Shown here piece by piece: positions 24,068 to 33,813 of a stretch of 64,000 nucleotides of DNA. The stretch spans positions 1 through 64,000 of the forward strand of contig JAWLHK010000021.1 of the NCBI GenBank assembly GCA_041690355.1, in the 5' to 3' direction. The stretch comes from a bacterium. GTDB lineage: Bacteria; J088; JAWLBW01. The notes beneath the pieces were generated by a model. The model had not been told where the DNA came from. It did not search any database and saw nothing but the letters and a program-made list of their open reading frames with translations. Position numbers and translations under genes: made by a program. Numbering within the stretch: the stretch's first letter is position 1; each line of letters opens with the position of its first letter.

Positions 24068-24820
24068 CTACTCGAGCGCCTGCGTGCGCTCGAGAAACTC
24101 GGGCCATCCTCCGGGAAACTGGTAGATCCGCTTCACGCCAAGCTCCGAGAGCCGGCGCGCCGCCTTGCGGCTGATCCCGCAGCCCGCCCCGTCGCAGTAC
24201 GCGATCACCGGCCGGTTGCCGAGCAGCTTGGCCCACGGCGACTTCTCGAGCCGCTTCAACGCGAGCATCGATTCCGGAGCCGGTTCGGCGCCCGGGATGT
24301 GACCGGCCGCGAACGCCTCGGCATCGCGGAAATCCAGAACGTACGGCCGCTCGCGCACGAGCATCTCCCATACGCCGTCCCATTCGATTTCCAGATAGCC
24401 ACCGCTGAAGGCCAACCATCCTTCGATCCCGGCCGGGTAGATGGAGACGCGGCCCCCGTTGCGCGCCTGCACGTCGGCGGCCAGTTCGACGAGCGCGAGC
24501 GTCGGCAACCCGTAGAGCACGATGGAGCGCGCCGGCGGCTGCGTGAGCAGGGCGAGCCGCTTCTTCGCGACCGTCCCGCCGTCCCACGGCACGCTCGCGG
24601 CCAGGGGCAGATGCCCGCGGACGAACTCCCCGGCCGGACGCAGATCGACGATCAGCAGATTGCCGTCCTTCTCGAGCAGCGCGGCCAGATCGACCGAATC
24701 GATGGACGGCCGGCTCTCTTCGGCGCGCGCCGCGCCGCCCGCGGCCGTCAAGAGCAGCCCCCCGGCGACGGCCGCAGAAAATGCCCGTTGGGTGAACGCA
24801 GAAAAGGACCGCATCGTCAT
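24068..24820 (-). CDS. Secreted tandem rhodanese-domain protein (sulfurtransferase-like)
   Basis: Signal peptide MTMRSFSAFTQRAFSAAVAGGLLLTAAGGAARA. Two rhodanese-like halves (LLIVDLRPAGEFVRGHLPLA... and YVLDFRDAEAFAAGHIPGA...IAYCDGAGCG). Its ATG overlaps the dtd stop. Confidence 0.6.
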   Translation of the reverse strand: MTMRSFSAFTQRAFSAAVAGGLLLTAAGGAARAEESRPSIDSVDLAALLEKDGNLLIVDLRPAGEFVRGHLPLAASVPWDGGTVAKKRLALLTQPPARSIVLYGLPTLALVELAADVQARNGGRVSIYPAGIEGWLAFSGGYLEIEWDGVWEMLVRERPYVLDFRDAEAFAAGHIPGAEPAPESMLALKRLEKSPWAKLLGNRPVIAYCDGAGCGISRKAARRLSELGVKRIYQFPGGWPEFLERTQALE

Positions 24821-25257
24821 GCCTCCAGGCGAAAGGTAACGGGACCATCGTTCCACAGCCGCACGTCCATGTGCGCGCCGAACTCGCCGGTTTCGACGCG
24901 CAACCCGCGCGCGCGCAGGGCGGCGATGACCCGCTCGTACAATTCGCGCGCCTGCTCGGGCGGCGCGGTCGGACCATAGTCCGGGCGCCGGCCCTTGCGC
25001 GTGTCGGCCCCGAGCGTGAACTGACTCACGACCAGAACCGCCGCGTCGCCGGCTTCCTCGGCGCTTCGCCCCGGACGCCCCGAGTCATCGGGAAACAGGC
25101 GCCACGTGGCGATGCGCTCGGCCATCCGGTCGGCCTGCGCGGGGCCGTCTTCGGCCAGGACGGCGAGAAAGACCAGCATCCCGCCGCCGATCGAACCGAC
25201 CGTGCGCTCACCCACCGTGACCGAGGCCTCCCGAACCCGCTGCAGCAGCGCGATCAC
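24817..25257 (-). CDS. dtd: D-aminoacyl-tRNA deacylase
   Basis: MIALLQRV..., SQFTL, and GAHMDVRLWNDGPVTF at the C-terminus. Confidence 0.9.
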   Translation of the reverse strand: MIALLQRVREASVTVGERTVGSIGGGMLVFLAVLAEDGPAQADRMAERIATWRLFPDDSGRPGRSAEEAGDAAVLVVSQFTLGADTRKGRRPDYGPTAPPEQARELYERVIAALRARGLRVETGEFGAHMDVRLWNDGPVTFRLEA

Positions 25258-25622
25258 GACCCATTCTCCGGGTCGCCGGTCACCCTGCCGGTTGCGCGTT
25301 CCGGCGCTTCACCCTTGTCGTCGGCCGCGCCGTCGGCGGCCGATTCCACCTGCGCGTTTCCGGTTCCGGCGGGGGCGTTCTCCCGCACCCAGTCGGGCGT
25401 GAATTCGTCTGCATCGACGTCTTCGATGATTTCGATCTCGAGCTGCCGCGGGTCGACCTCGCGGATACCGATCACCCGCTCGAGGGGCACGGTAATCCAA
25501 CGGCTTTCGGTTTTGAGGATGACGTCGTCTTCGTTCACCTCGATGAGGGTGCCGAAGTATCGCGTTCCGTTCCCCTCGACGCAGACGAACTTGCGGATCA
25601 ATTCGGTGACGGGATTGCGCAT
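25254..25622 (-). CDS. Hypothetical small protein (possibly Sm-like barrel) with an acidic tail
   Basis: 122 aa, GTLIEVNEDDVILKTESRWITVPLERVIGIRE. Its start/stop overlaps dtd. Confidence 0.3.
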   Translation of the reverse strand: MRNPVTELIRKFVCVEGNGTRYFGTLIEVNEDDVILKTESRWITVPLERVIGIREVDPRQLEIEIIEDVDADEFTPDWVRENAPAGTGNAQVESAADGAADDKGEAPERATGRVTGDPENGS

Positions 25623-25741
25623 GAGCGCATCATTCTACCAAAGCCCGCCGCAGGCCGGGAATCGGGCCGGCACGCCTACCGACCGGTTTGCTTTTTACCG
25701 GGGGGTGGACTAAGATACTTCTTTCCTCTCCCGATACATCT

Positions 25742-26572
25742 ATGGCGCTCTACGAGAAGGTTCTCAACCCGGACGAAATCGCCCGCATCGAAAGACTACG
25801 CATTGACGACCTCGGGTTCGGCTACGACAAGTTCGGCGCCCACCGCGAGACCCTCTTCAATACGTATTCGGTCGTCAAGCCGTTCTACGACAAGTACTTC
25901 CGGGTCGAGAGTTTCGGCCACGAGAACATTCCCCTCAAGGGCCGCGCCATACTTGCGTCGAACCACAGCGGCACCCTGCCGCTCGACGGCATGATGATCG
26001 CCATCGACATCTTTCAGCGGCTCGAGCAGCCGCGCCTCATGCGGGCCGTCGTCGATCGCTTCGCCGCCGCGCTCCCTTTCGTGGGCACCTTTCTGCAGCG
26101 CTGCGGGCAGGTCATCGGCACGCGCCGGAATTTTCAGGAGCTGCTCGAGTCAGACGAGATGGTCGTCGTCTTTCCCGAAGGGGCCAAGGCGCTCGGCAAG
26201 CTGTACAAGGACCGCTACCGCCTCTACCCGTTCAACATGGGCTTCGTCGAGCTGTCGCTGCAGCACCGCGCACCGATCATTCCCGTGGCCGTCATCGGCG
26301 CCGAAGAGCAGATGCCGGTGCTCGCCGACATCAAGCCGCTGGCGAAGGCCCTCGGGTTTCCCTACGTCCCGATCACGCCGACGATTCTGCCCATCCCCTT
26401 TCCCACGCACTACCGCATCTACTACGGCAAGCCGCTGCACTATTACAGCCAGTTCGCCGAAGACACGATCCAGTCGCCCGAGATGGTGCGCGAGCTCGCC
26501 CGCGATGTGCAGGAGCAGGTGCAGCAGATGATCGACATCGGCCTGGCCGAGCGCAAGGGGGTGTTCCTGTGA
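25742..26572 (+). CDS. Lysophospholipid/glycerolipid acyltransferase (PlsC-like, LPLAT family)
   Basis: Acyltransferase motifs ASNHSGTLPLDG (NHxxxxD) and FPEGAKA. Internal ATG at 25742. Confidence 0.65.
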   Translation: MALYEKVLNPDEIARIERLRIDDLGFGYDKFGAHRETLFNTYSVVKPFYDKYFRVESFGHENIPLKGRAILASNHSGTLPLDGMMIAIDIFQRLEQPRLMRAVVDRFAAALPFVGTFLQRCGQVIGTRRNFQELLESDEMVVVFPEGAKALGKLYKDRYRLYPFNMGFVELSLQHRAPIIPVAVIGAEEQMPVLADIKPLAKALGFPYVPITPTILPIPFPTHYRIYYGKPLHYYSQFAEDTIQSPEMVRELARDVQEQVQQMIDIGLAERKGVFL

Positions 26573-27549
26573 ACGAGCGTACCGCCCCCGGCCGCACCCA
26601 CCGGCACCGCAACGTCCTCATCACCGGCGTCACCGGCACCATCGGCCGCCAGCTGGCCCATCATCTCTACTTCGACAAGAACGTGGGAACGATCGTCGGC
26701 ATCGCCAAGGACGAGCGCCCCTACTACTTCGACGAATACGATCCGAAGAAGTTCATTTACAGCCAGGTCGACATCACGCGCGGCCGCGAGCTGAGCAACC
26801 TGTTCTTCTCCGACGCGTTCAAGGACGCGCAGATCAACACGGTCGTCCACCTCGCCTTTCAGAACCAGCCTTCGCAGCACGGGCCCCGCTCTCACGAGCT
26901 CAACGTCGTGGGGACGAAGAACATGCTCGAGAAGTGCATCGAGACGCCGGGCATCAGCAAGTTCATCTTCAAGAGCAGCGGCATCGTCTACCGCGTGCTG
27001 CCCCACGGCGACGTCGTGCTCGACGAAGAGAGCGATCTGAACTTCGACTCCGAAGCGAACCAGTGGGTCAAAGACCGCGTCGACGCCGACATGCTCTGCC
27101 GCAGCCGCATGGACAACCGCAAGGTCGACATCGTCGTGCTGCGCTTCTCGAACATCGTCGGCCGCAACGTGCACTCGCAGATCAACGAATATCTGCAGAG
27201 CCGCGTGGCCGTGAAGGTGGCCGGCTTCGACCCGATGATCAACCTCATCGACGTCAAGGACGTCATCCAGGCCATCCGGCAGTCGATGGAGCGCAAGGCG
27301 CGCGGCGTCTACAACATCGTCGGCCGCGACACGGCGCCCCTCTCGGTGTTCGCGCGGCAGGCAGGCGCGCGCCTCATGTCGCTGCCGGCGCCGGTCATCG
27401 GTCCGGTGAACACCCTGCAGCGCCGCCTGGGCATCACGACCTACGACTACCGGGTCGACAAGAGCCGCCTGCACTTCCAGGCGCTGCTCGACGGCCGCAA
27501 GGCCACGCGCGAGCTCGGCTACGAGCCGAAGCACCACGTGGAGTTCTGA
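26569..27549 (+). CDS. NAD-dependent epimerase/dehydratase family protein (SDR-extended)
   Basis: Rossmann motif ITGVTGTIG. GTG start overlaps the upstream stop (GTGA). Confidence 0.7.
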   Translation: MNERTAPGRTHRHRNVLITGVTGTIGRQLAHHLYFDKNVGTIVGIAKDERPYYFDEYDPKKFIYSQVDITRGRELSNLFFSDAFKDAQINTVVHLAFQNQPSQHGPRSHELNVVGTKNMLEKCIETPGISKFIFKSSGIVYRVLPHGDVVLDEESDLNFDSEANQWVKDRVDADMLCRSRMDNRKVDIVVLRFSNIVGRNVHSQINEYLQSRVAVKVAGFDPMINLIDVKDVIQAIRQSMERKARGVYNIVGRDTAPLSVFARQAGARLMSLPAPVIGPVNTLQRRLGITTYDYRVDKSRLHFQALLDGRKATRELGYEPKHHVEF

Positions 27550-27551
27550 GC

Positions 27552-27584
27552 GGAATTCCTGATTCCTGATTCTTGATTCCTGAG
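27552..27584. repeat. Heptamer tandem array TGATTCC/TGATTCT x4
   Basis: attcctgattcctgattcttgattcctga, immediately after the epimerase stop. Confidence 0.85.
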
Positions 27585-27687
27585 AAGCAAGGACGGGGAA
27601 CTCAGCCTCTTCAGACTCCGTTGCGGACTCGTCTTCGGACTCCTCTTCGGGTCCCCCTTCGGGGGACGACAGGGGGGCTTCCAGCGG

Positions 27688-28299
27688 CTACAGAATTCCC
27701 GGGAACCGTTCCGGCAGCTCCTCGAGCACGTACGGGCGGCGCACCCGTTCGGCCGTGATGATGGCCGCAAAACTGTTCTGCGCCGTCTCGAAATCCCGAT
27801 TCTCGATCAGGTAGTCGTAGTTCGGCATCTGGGCCAGCTCCTGGGCCGCGATGGCGAGCCGGCGGGCGATGACGTCCTCGGCGTCGGTCCCCCGCCCCGT
27901 CAGCCGCTCGCGCAGCACGCTCATGCTCGGCGGATAGATGAAGATGAGCACCGCTTCGGGAAACCGCGCCTTGAGCGAGCGCGCCCCCTGCACGTCAATT
28001 TCGATGAGCAGATCCTTGCCCGCCCTGCGGTTCGTGTCGAGCTCGACGAAGGCCGTGCCGTACAGGTTGCCATAGACGTTCGCATGCTCGGCGAAGGCCT
28101 CCTCGCGGATCATGGTTTCGAAGCGGGCCCGGTCGACGAAGTGGTACTCGCGGCCGTCGACTTCGTTCGCCCGGCGCTCACGCGTGGTGTAGGAGATCGT
28201 GAAGTACAGATTCGGCAGACGCTCTTTCACGGCCCGGCACAGTGTGGTCTTGCCGGTTCCCGACGGGGCGCTGACGACGAAGAGAATTCCCTGTCGCAC
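27688..28299 (-). CDS. gmk: Guanylate kinase
   Basis: P-loop SAPSGTGKTTL, YTTR...EVDGREYHFV. Confidence 0.9.
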   Translation of the reverse strand: MRQGILFVVSAPSGTGKTTLCRAVKERLPNLYFTISYTTRERRANEVDGREYHFVDRARFETMIREEAFAEHANVYGNLYGTAFVELDTNRRAGKDLLIEIDVQGARSLKARFPEAVLIFIYPPSMSVLRERLTGRGTDAEDVIARRLAIAAQELAQMPNYDYLIENRDFETAQNSFAAIITAERVRRPYVLEELPERFPGIL

Positions 28300-28301
28300 G
28301 G

Positions 28302-29171
28302 TTACTCCACGTTCTGCACTTGCTCGCGCACGCGCTCGAGCTCGCTCTTCATGTCGACGACGCTGCGCGCGATGTCGGCGTCGGCGATCTTGGAGCCGAG
28401 CGTGTTGATCTCGCGGTTCATCTCCTGCAGCAGAAAATCCATCTTGCGCCCCACCGGCTCGCGCTCGTCCAGATAGGCGAGAAACTGGCGGCAGTGAATG
28501 CCCAGGCGCACGAGCTCTTCGGTGACGTCGCTGCGCTCGACCAGAAACGCGGCCTCCTGCTCGACGCGGCCGGCATCGAGCCGGGCCTCGTCAAGAAGTT
28601 CCTTCAGGCGCGTGCGCAGCCGATCGTGCAGCGCCTGATTGAGCTGCGGGATGCGCTGTTCGATGCCGCCCGAGACCTCGAGAATCCGTTCGACGCGGGC
28701 GCGCAGATCGCTGCCGAGCTGGGCCCCCTCGCGCTCGCGCATGGCCTTGAGCGCCTCGAGCGCCTGGCCCACCGCGCGCAGCACCGCGTCGCGGGCCGCA
28801 TCGCTCGTGCGCCGGCCGGCTTCTTCGATGACGCCGGGCAGGGTCAGCAACGTGTCGAAGGTGACCGCCCCCTCGACGTCGAGCTCGCCGCGCAGGTTGC
28901 GCAATTCGTCGAGGTAACGCAGCAGGGTTTCGCGGTTGATCGACGAACCGCCGGCCGCGCGGGCCGTGCGCGTGACGAGAATCTCGAAGCGGCCGCGCGC
29001 GAACCGATCCTGCACGAGCCGGTTGACGTCGAGATCGAGCGAGAACATTTCGGACGGGAGTTTACTGCGGACGTCGAGAAACCGGTGGTTGACGCTTTTG
29101 GCCTCGACGAGAAAACCCTCGCCCTCGGCGTCGGCCTCGCCGCGCCCGTATCCGGTCATGGAGCGGATCAT
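28302..29171 (-). CDS. yicC: YicC family stress-induced protein
   Basis: MIRSMTGYGRGE N-terminus and C-terminal DUF1732-like region. Internal ATG at 29171. Confidence 0.8.
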   Translation of the reverse strand: MIRSMTGYGRGEADAEGEGFLVEAKSVNHRFLDVRSKLPSEMFSLDLDVNRLVQDRFARGRFEILVTRTARAAGGSSINRETLLRYLDELRNLRGELDVEGAVTFDTLLTLPGVIEEAGRRTSDAARDAVLRAVGQALEALKAMREREGAQLGSDLRARVERILEVSGGIEQRIPQLNQALHDRLRTRLKELLDEARLDAGRVEQEAAFLVERSDVTEELVRLGIHCRQFLAYLDEREPVGRKMDFLLQEMNREINTLGSKIADADIARSVVDMKSELERVREQVQNVE

Positions 29172-29292
29172 GTGCTGTTCTTTCTGCCCCTGAGCGAACA
29201 GGAGGGTAAAATAAGTCATTCTATCGAACCGGGAAAAACAGTGTCAACCGTGCGGCGGGAATGTGAAGCCTCCGCTGATATAATGGGTAGCT

Positions 29293-29997
29293 GTGTCGAA
29301 ACCTGACGTCATCATCGTAACAGGCGCCTCCTCGGGCATCGGCCGGGCCACGGCGCTGCGGCTCGCGGCCGACGGCTGGCATGTCGTGGCCGCCTCGCGC
29401 CGGGCCGCCCCCCTCGCCGCGCTCGAGCAGGAAAACCCCCGCATCCACCCTTTTCCGCTCGACGTCGACCAGCCGCAGGCCGGCGTGCTGCTGGCGCGCG
29501 CCGCCCGCGAGGTCGGGCGCCTGCGCGGCGTCGTGCACAGCGCGGGGGCGTTCTCGCGCGACCCCGTGCAGAAAATCCACTTCAGCGACTGGCACGCCAT
29601 GTTCACGACGAACGTCGAGGCGGCCGCGCGCATCCTGCAGGCCACGGTCGACGATCTGGCCGACGGGGGGGTCTTCATCGGCATCGGCAGCACCGCCGGC
29701 CTGCGCCCCGTCGCCGGCTCGTCGGCCTACTGCGCCTCGAAGGCCGCCCTCACGGCCTTTCTGCAATCGGCCGCCCTCGAGCTGGCCCCGCGGGGCATCC
29801 GCATCCACGTCGTCGCCCCGGGCATCGTCGAGACCCCCATGGTTCCCTACGCCGCCGAAACCGGCGCCATGCATCCGCTGGGGCGCCCGGGCAAGCCCGA
29901 AGAGGTCGCCCACGCCGTCAGCTTTCTGCTGACGCCGCAGGCCGCGTGGATGACGGGCGTCGTGCTGCCCGTCGACGGAGGGATCAGCCTGACATGA
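29293..29997 (+). CDS. Short-chain dehydrogenase/reductase; candidate sepiapterin/pteridine reductase given its position in the pterin cluster
   Basis: TGASSGIGRA, YCASKAAL. GTG start. Its stop overlaps the PTPS ATG (ATGA). Confidence 0.7.
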   Translation: MSKPDVIIVTGASSGIGRATALRLAADGWHVVAASRRAAPLAALEQENPRIHPFPLDVDQPQAGVLLARAAREVGRLRGVVHSAGAFSRDPVQKIHFSDWHAMFTTNVEAAARILQATVDDLADGGVFIGIGSTAGLRPVAGSSAYCASKAALTAFLQSAALELAPRGIRIHVVAPGIVETPMVPYAAETGAMHPLGRPGKPEEVAHAVSFLLTPQAAWMTGVVLPVDGGISLT

Positions 29998-30413
29998 GCG
30001 GAACGGGGAAAGAAGCGCTCCTCACGCGCAAGAAGGCCTTCGCGGCCGGCCACCGCTATCATCGGGAAGACTGGAGCGACGAGCGGAACCGGGAAGTTTT
30101 CGGCCGCTGCAACTATCCCTACGGCCACGGGCACAACTACGTGCTCGAGTGCACGGTCGCCGGCGAAATCGACGCCGAAACGGGGATGGTCATCAACCTG
30201 GTCGATCTCGACCGCATTCTCGACGCCGTCGTCGAACCCATCGACCACCGCTTTCTCAACCACGAAGTTCCCTGGTTCCAGAACCGCATCCCCACGACCG
30301 AGAACGTGGCCCTCTATCTGGGGCAAGAGATTGCGGCGAAGCTGACCGGGTGCCGGCTGGCGCGCATCCGCCTGTACGAGGATCCGACCCTGTGGGCCGA
30401 AGTCCACTACTGA
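29994..30413 (+). CDS. 6-pyruvoyltetrahydropterin synthase family protein (PTPS/QueD fold), paralog 1
   Basis: C-x5-HGH motif (CNYPYGHGHNY) and the distal HxFxxE motif IDHRFLNHE. Confidence 0.8.
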   Translation: MSGTGKEALLTRKKAFAAGHRYHREDWSDERNREVFGRCNYPYGHGHNYVLECTVAGEIDAETGMVINLVDLDRILDAVVEPIDHRFLNHEVPWFQNRIPTTENVALYLGQEIAAKLTGCRLARIRLYEDPTLWAEVHY

Positions 30414-30853
30414 TGCCCGCCGTCACGCTGACGCGCAGCTACCACTTCTGCGCGGCGCACCGGATGTGGAACGATGCCCTGCCCGAGGCGCGCAATCGCG
30501 AGCTGTACGGCAAGTGCGCCAACGACGACGGCCACGGACACAACTACGTCATCGAGGTCACCGTCGGCGGCGAACCCGACCCCGAGAGCGGCATGGTCAT
30601 GCCGCGCGCCGCGCTCGACGCCGTGGTCGACCCGCACATCGATCGGCTCGACCACCACAACATCAACGGATTTCTCCACGCCGCCGGTTATCCGGTTTCG
30701 ACCAGCGAGGCCCTGGCGGCCGCCTTCTGGGACTGGCTGGCCCCCGCCCTGGGGAGCCGTCTCGTCAAGGTGCGCGTCGTGGAGACCGACCGCAACGCCT
30801 TCGAATTTTTCGGGGAACGCTCACGGCTGGCGGATGCCCCGGCCCAACGATAG
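30413..30853 (+). CDS. 6-pyruvoyltetrahydropterin synthase family protein, paralog 2
   Basis: C-x5-HGH motif ([11 protein letters not shown]). Its start overlaps the upstream stop by 1 nt (TGATG). Confidence 0.8.
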   Translation: MPAVTLTRSYHFCAAHRMWNDALPEARNRELYGKCANDDGHGHNYVIEVTVGGEPDPESGMVMPRAALDAVVDPHIDRLDHHNINGFLHAAGYPVSTSEALAAAFWDWLAPALGSRLVKVRVVETDRNAFEFFGERSRLADAPAQR

Positions 30854-30869
30854 ACTTGAGGAAGCGATC

Positions 30870-31448
30870 ATGCAGGAAAAAACCGTACTCACCACCCCGA
30901 TGGAAGAGGCCGTGCGCACGATGCTCGTCGAAATCGGCGAGGATCCCGAACGGGACGGCCTGCTGCAGACCCCGTTGCGTGTCGCGCGTTCCATGCGCGA
31001 ACTCACGCAGGGGTACACGATGGATCTCGACGTCGTGCTCAACAAGGCCATCTTCGACGTCGACCATGACGAGATGGTCGTCGTGAAGGACATCGAGATG
31101 TACTCGCTGTGCGAGCACCACCTGCTCCCCTTCTTCGGCAAGGCGCACATCGCCTATCTGCCGAGCGGCAAGGTCGTGGGCCTCAGCAAGATTCCCCGTC
31201 TGGTCGACGTCTTCGCCCGCCGCCTGCAGGTGCAGGAGCGCCTGACGAACCAGATTGCCGAAACGATCGAGAACCTGCTCAAGCCGCGCGGCGTGGCCGT
31301 CGTCATCGAGGCCTCGCATCTCTGCATGCAGATGCGCGGCATCCAGAAGCAGAACTCGTCGGCCGTCACGAGCGCCATGCGGGGCGAGTTCCTCACGAAC
31401 ACGGATACGCGCCGCGAATTCCTCGAGCACATCCGCTCCCGAGTCTAG
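30870..31448 (+). CDS. folE: GTP cyclohydrolase I
   Basis: 192 aa. [16 protein letters not shown] and [13 protein letters not shown] motifs. RBS GAGGAAG upstream. Confidence 0.9.
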   Translation: MQEKTVLTTPMEEAVRTMLVEIGEDPERDGLLQTPLRVARSMRELTQGYTMDLDVVLNKAIFDVDHDEMVVVKDIEMYSLCEHHLLPFFGKAHIAYLPSGKVVGLSKIPRLVDVFARRLQVQERLTNQIAETIENLLKPRGVAVVIEASHLCMQMRGIQKQNSSAVTSAMRGEFLTNTDTRREFLEHIRSRV

Positions 31449-31515
31449 AGTCTAGAGTCCAGAGTCTAGAGTCCAGAGTCGAGAGTCTAGAGTCCAGAGT
31501 CTAGAGTCTAGAGTT
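31443..31515. repeat. Heptamer tandem array AGAGTCT/AGAGTCC, about 10 units
   Basis: gagtctagagtctagagtccagagtctagagtccagagtcgagagtctagagtccagagtctagagtctagagtt, starting inside the folE stop region. Confidence 0.9.
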
Positions 31516-31590
31516 CGAGCGTCTGATAGGACCGGATGAGTCAGAGCGAAGCGTCTGGCCGACGTCCGGCGTCCGACGTCCGAAGACCGG

Positions 31591-32586
31591 TCATCGGCCG
31601 GTAAGCAGATTGCGGCGGAGGGCCGCGCAAACGCGCTCGACCCCCGCTTCGCCCAGCGACAGCGCCATCGGAAGGTACAGGATGTCGTGCGCGGCCGCTT
31701 CGGTGACCGGCAGGCTGCGGCCGCTCTCCAGCGCGCGAAAGGCGGGACGCCCCGTCTGAATTCCCTCGGCCGCCAGCAGGTCGCGCATGCCGTCGGCGTC
31801 GCCCACCCGAATCACGAACCGGTAGTAGACGTGCCGCCCCTGACGCTCGGGGAGCACCGCGCGCAGCCCCTCGAGATCGCCGAGCAGCGCGCGATAGGCG
31901 TCGGCCAGCGCTTCGCGGTCGGCGAGGTGCGCTTCGAGCCGCGCCAGCCGCGCTTCGAGACGCGCGCCCACGGCCCCTTCGAGCCGTTCCGGTTCCGCCT
32001 GCGCCGCGAGGGCCTCGGCGAGCGGCGCGTCGGACGTCACGACCGCCGCGCCCCCCTCTTCGTCGCCCAGCACCCGGCACGGGCGAAAGCAGAAGACCGC
32101 CGCATCGCCGAAGCCGCCCACCCGTTTGCCGCGGTACTCGGCGCCGTGCGCCTGGAGCGCGTCTTCGAGCACCGGCACGCCGAACTTGCGCGCCTCGGCC
32201 ACCACCATGTCGAGATGGGCCGGCCGGCCGTAGAGATGCGTGACGACAACGGCGCCGAGCGTGCCCCAGCAGGCGGGGGGAATTTCGGAACCGCGCAGAT
32301 TGAGTGTGTAACGATCGGGCTCGACGAGCACCGGCTCGAGGCCGGCGTCGCGAAGGGCGTCCCAGAGCGGCGCCGTCGCGCAGGACGAGAGCAGCACCTT
32401 GTCTCCGCGCTGCAGATCGAGCGCCGCGAACAGGGCGCGCCAGGCCGCCCGCGCGTCGGCGAAGGCCGCCGCATGCTCCGTCCCGATCCAGGCCGCCCAC
32501 TGGGGCGCGAACGGCCGCTTCGGGCGCGCGCCGGCCTTCACGGATGCGGGGGGTTCGACGAGGGGAATTTCGATCGGCTGGGGCAT
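31591..32586 (-). CDS. DegT/DnrJ/EryC1/StrS-like (PLP-dependent aminotransferase fold) protein, possibly divergent
   Basis: 331 aa with overall resemblance to the sugar aminotransferase family. The canonical Lys context is not obvious. Confidence 0.45.
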   Translation of the reverse strand: MPQPIEIPLVEPPASVKAGARPKRPFAPQWAAWIGTEHAAAFADARAAWRALFAALDLQRGDKVLLSSCATAPLWDALRDAGLEPVLVEPDRYTLNLRGSEIPPACWGTLGAVVVTHLYGRPAHLDMVVAEARKFGVPVLEDALQAHGAEYRGKRVGGFGDAAVFCFRPCRVLGDEEGGAAVVTSDAPLAEALAAQAEPERLEGAVGARLEARLARLEAHLADREALADAYRALLGDLEGLRAVLPERQGRHVYYRFVIRVGDADGMRDLLAAEGIQTGRPAFRALESGRSLPVTEAAAHDILYLPMALSLGEAGVERVCAALRRNLLTGR

Positions 32587-32672
32587 GGGCGCAGATGGAG
32601 TTCCAAAGTGGCATGCGAGCGCCCGACCAGGCGAGCCGCCGCCGGATCAGTTTATCACAGAACTCCGCCGGC

Positions 32673-32942
32673 TCAGACCTCGTCTTCGAGCCCCTCGTCG
32701 GCCTCGACGTCGTCGTCTTCGGGAAACGGCTCGGTGCTCAGGTTGCCCATACCGTCTTCGAGCAGCAGCTCGACGCGCCGCTCGGCTTCGCCGAGCTTCT
32801 CGTGACAGGTGCGCGCGAGGCGCACCCCCTCTTCGAACACCTTGAGCGACTCTTCGAGCGGGAGCTGCCCGTCTTCGAGGGCGCGCACGATTTCTTCGAG
32901 GCGCTTCAGCTGTTTCTCAAATGCTTCGGTCTTCTTGGCCAT
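32673..32942 (-). CDS. xseB: Exodeoxyribonuclease VII small subunit
   Basis: 89 aa, FEKQLKRLEEIVRALEDGQLPLEESLKVFEEGVRLARTCHEKL. Confidence 0.85.
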   Translation of the reverse strand: MAKKTEAFEKQLKRLEEIVRALEDGQLPLEESLKVFEEGVRLARTCHEKLGEAERRVELLLEDGMGNLSTEPFPEDDDVEADEGLEDEV

Positions 32943-32958
32943 CGGATTTCCTCAAAAT

Positions 32959-33813
32959 TCAGTCGACCTTCGCCTCGAGCAGCGACGCCGGATTCACGCG
33001 GGCGCCGCGGTAGCGCACCCCGAAATGCAGGTGCGGCCCCGAAGACCGCCCGGTCGAGCCCACCGTGCCGATAACGGCGCCGCGCGCGACCTTCTGACCG
33101 GCCTTCACGGCGATCGAATCGAGGTGGAAGTACATCGTGATCAGGCCGTCGCCGTGATCGACGAAGACCGAGTTGCCCGCGAAAAAGTGCTCTTCGGCCA
33201 GCACGACGGAGCCGGCGTTCGCGCTGCGTACGGGCGTGCCGCGCGGCACGCCGTAATCGGCCCCCGAGTGCGGATTGCGCGGCTGGCCGTTGATGACCCG
33301 GCGGCTGCCGAACCGTCCCCCCGCCGGAGCCGCCTCGAGCGGGTGATAGAACGACCCCGACCACTCGCGCGGCCGGCGCGAGGCGAAGAGGGCCGCGACC
33401 GCCTTCTGCTCCCGCATCGCCCGCAGGCCGTCTTCGTCGCTCAGGTTGACCTTGCTGTCATCCTTGAGGGTGATCTGCTGAACGGGGAAGTCGGCATCGT
33501 ACAGGGTGAACGCCGCCCGCCAGGGGACGGTCATCGACCCGGCCCTGCCGGCCTTGGTCACCGTTCCCGTCACCTCGCGCGGGCCGGGCGCGGCGAGCAT
33601 GTCGTAGGCGGCCACGGCCAGCCACCCTTGTTCGGTGCGCACCACGGGCACCGCCTCGCTGCCCGACCAGGCATCGAGGCTGCGGATTTCCGGATCGGCG
33701 AACCGGAACACGACCACGTCACCCTGCCGGGGGCGGGGCGGCTCGACCAGCGGCGCGACGGGTCCGATCGACGCCCCCGCGGCAAGAACCAGACTCAGCA
33801 CTACTCCGACCAC
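32959..33813 (-). CDS. M23 family metallopeptidase
   Basis: Signal-peptide-like N-terminus. HSGADYG and PHLHFGVR zinc-ligand motifs. Confidence 0.8.
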   Translation of the reverse strand: MVGVVLSLVLAAGASIGPVAPLVEPPRPRQGDVVVFRFADPEIRSLDAWSGSEAVPVVRTEQGWLAVAAYDMLAAPGPREVTGTVTKAGRAGSMTVPWRAAFTLYDADFPVQQITLKDDSKVNLSDEDGLRAMREQKAVAALFASRRPREWSGSFYHPLEAAPAGGRFGSRRVINGQPRNPHSGADYGVPRGTPVRSANAGSVVLAEEHFFAGNSVFVDHGDGLITMYFHLDSIAVKAGQKVARGAVIGTVGSTGRSSGPHLHFGVRYRGARVNPASLLEAKVD

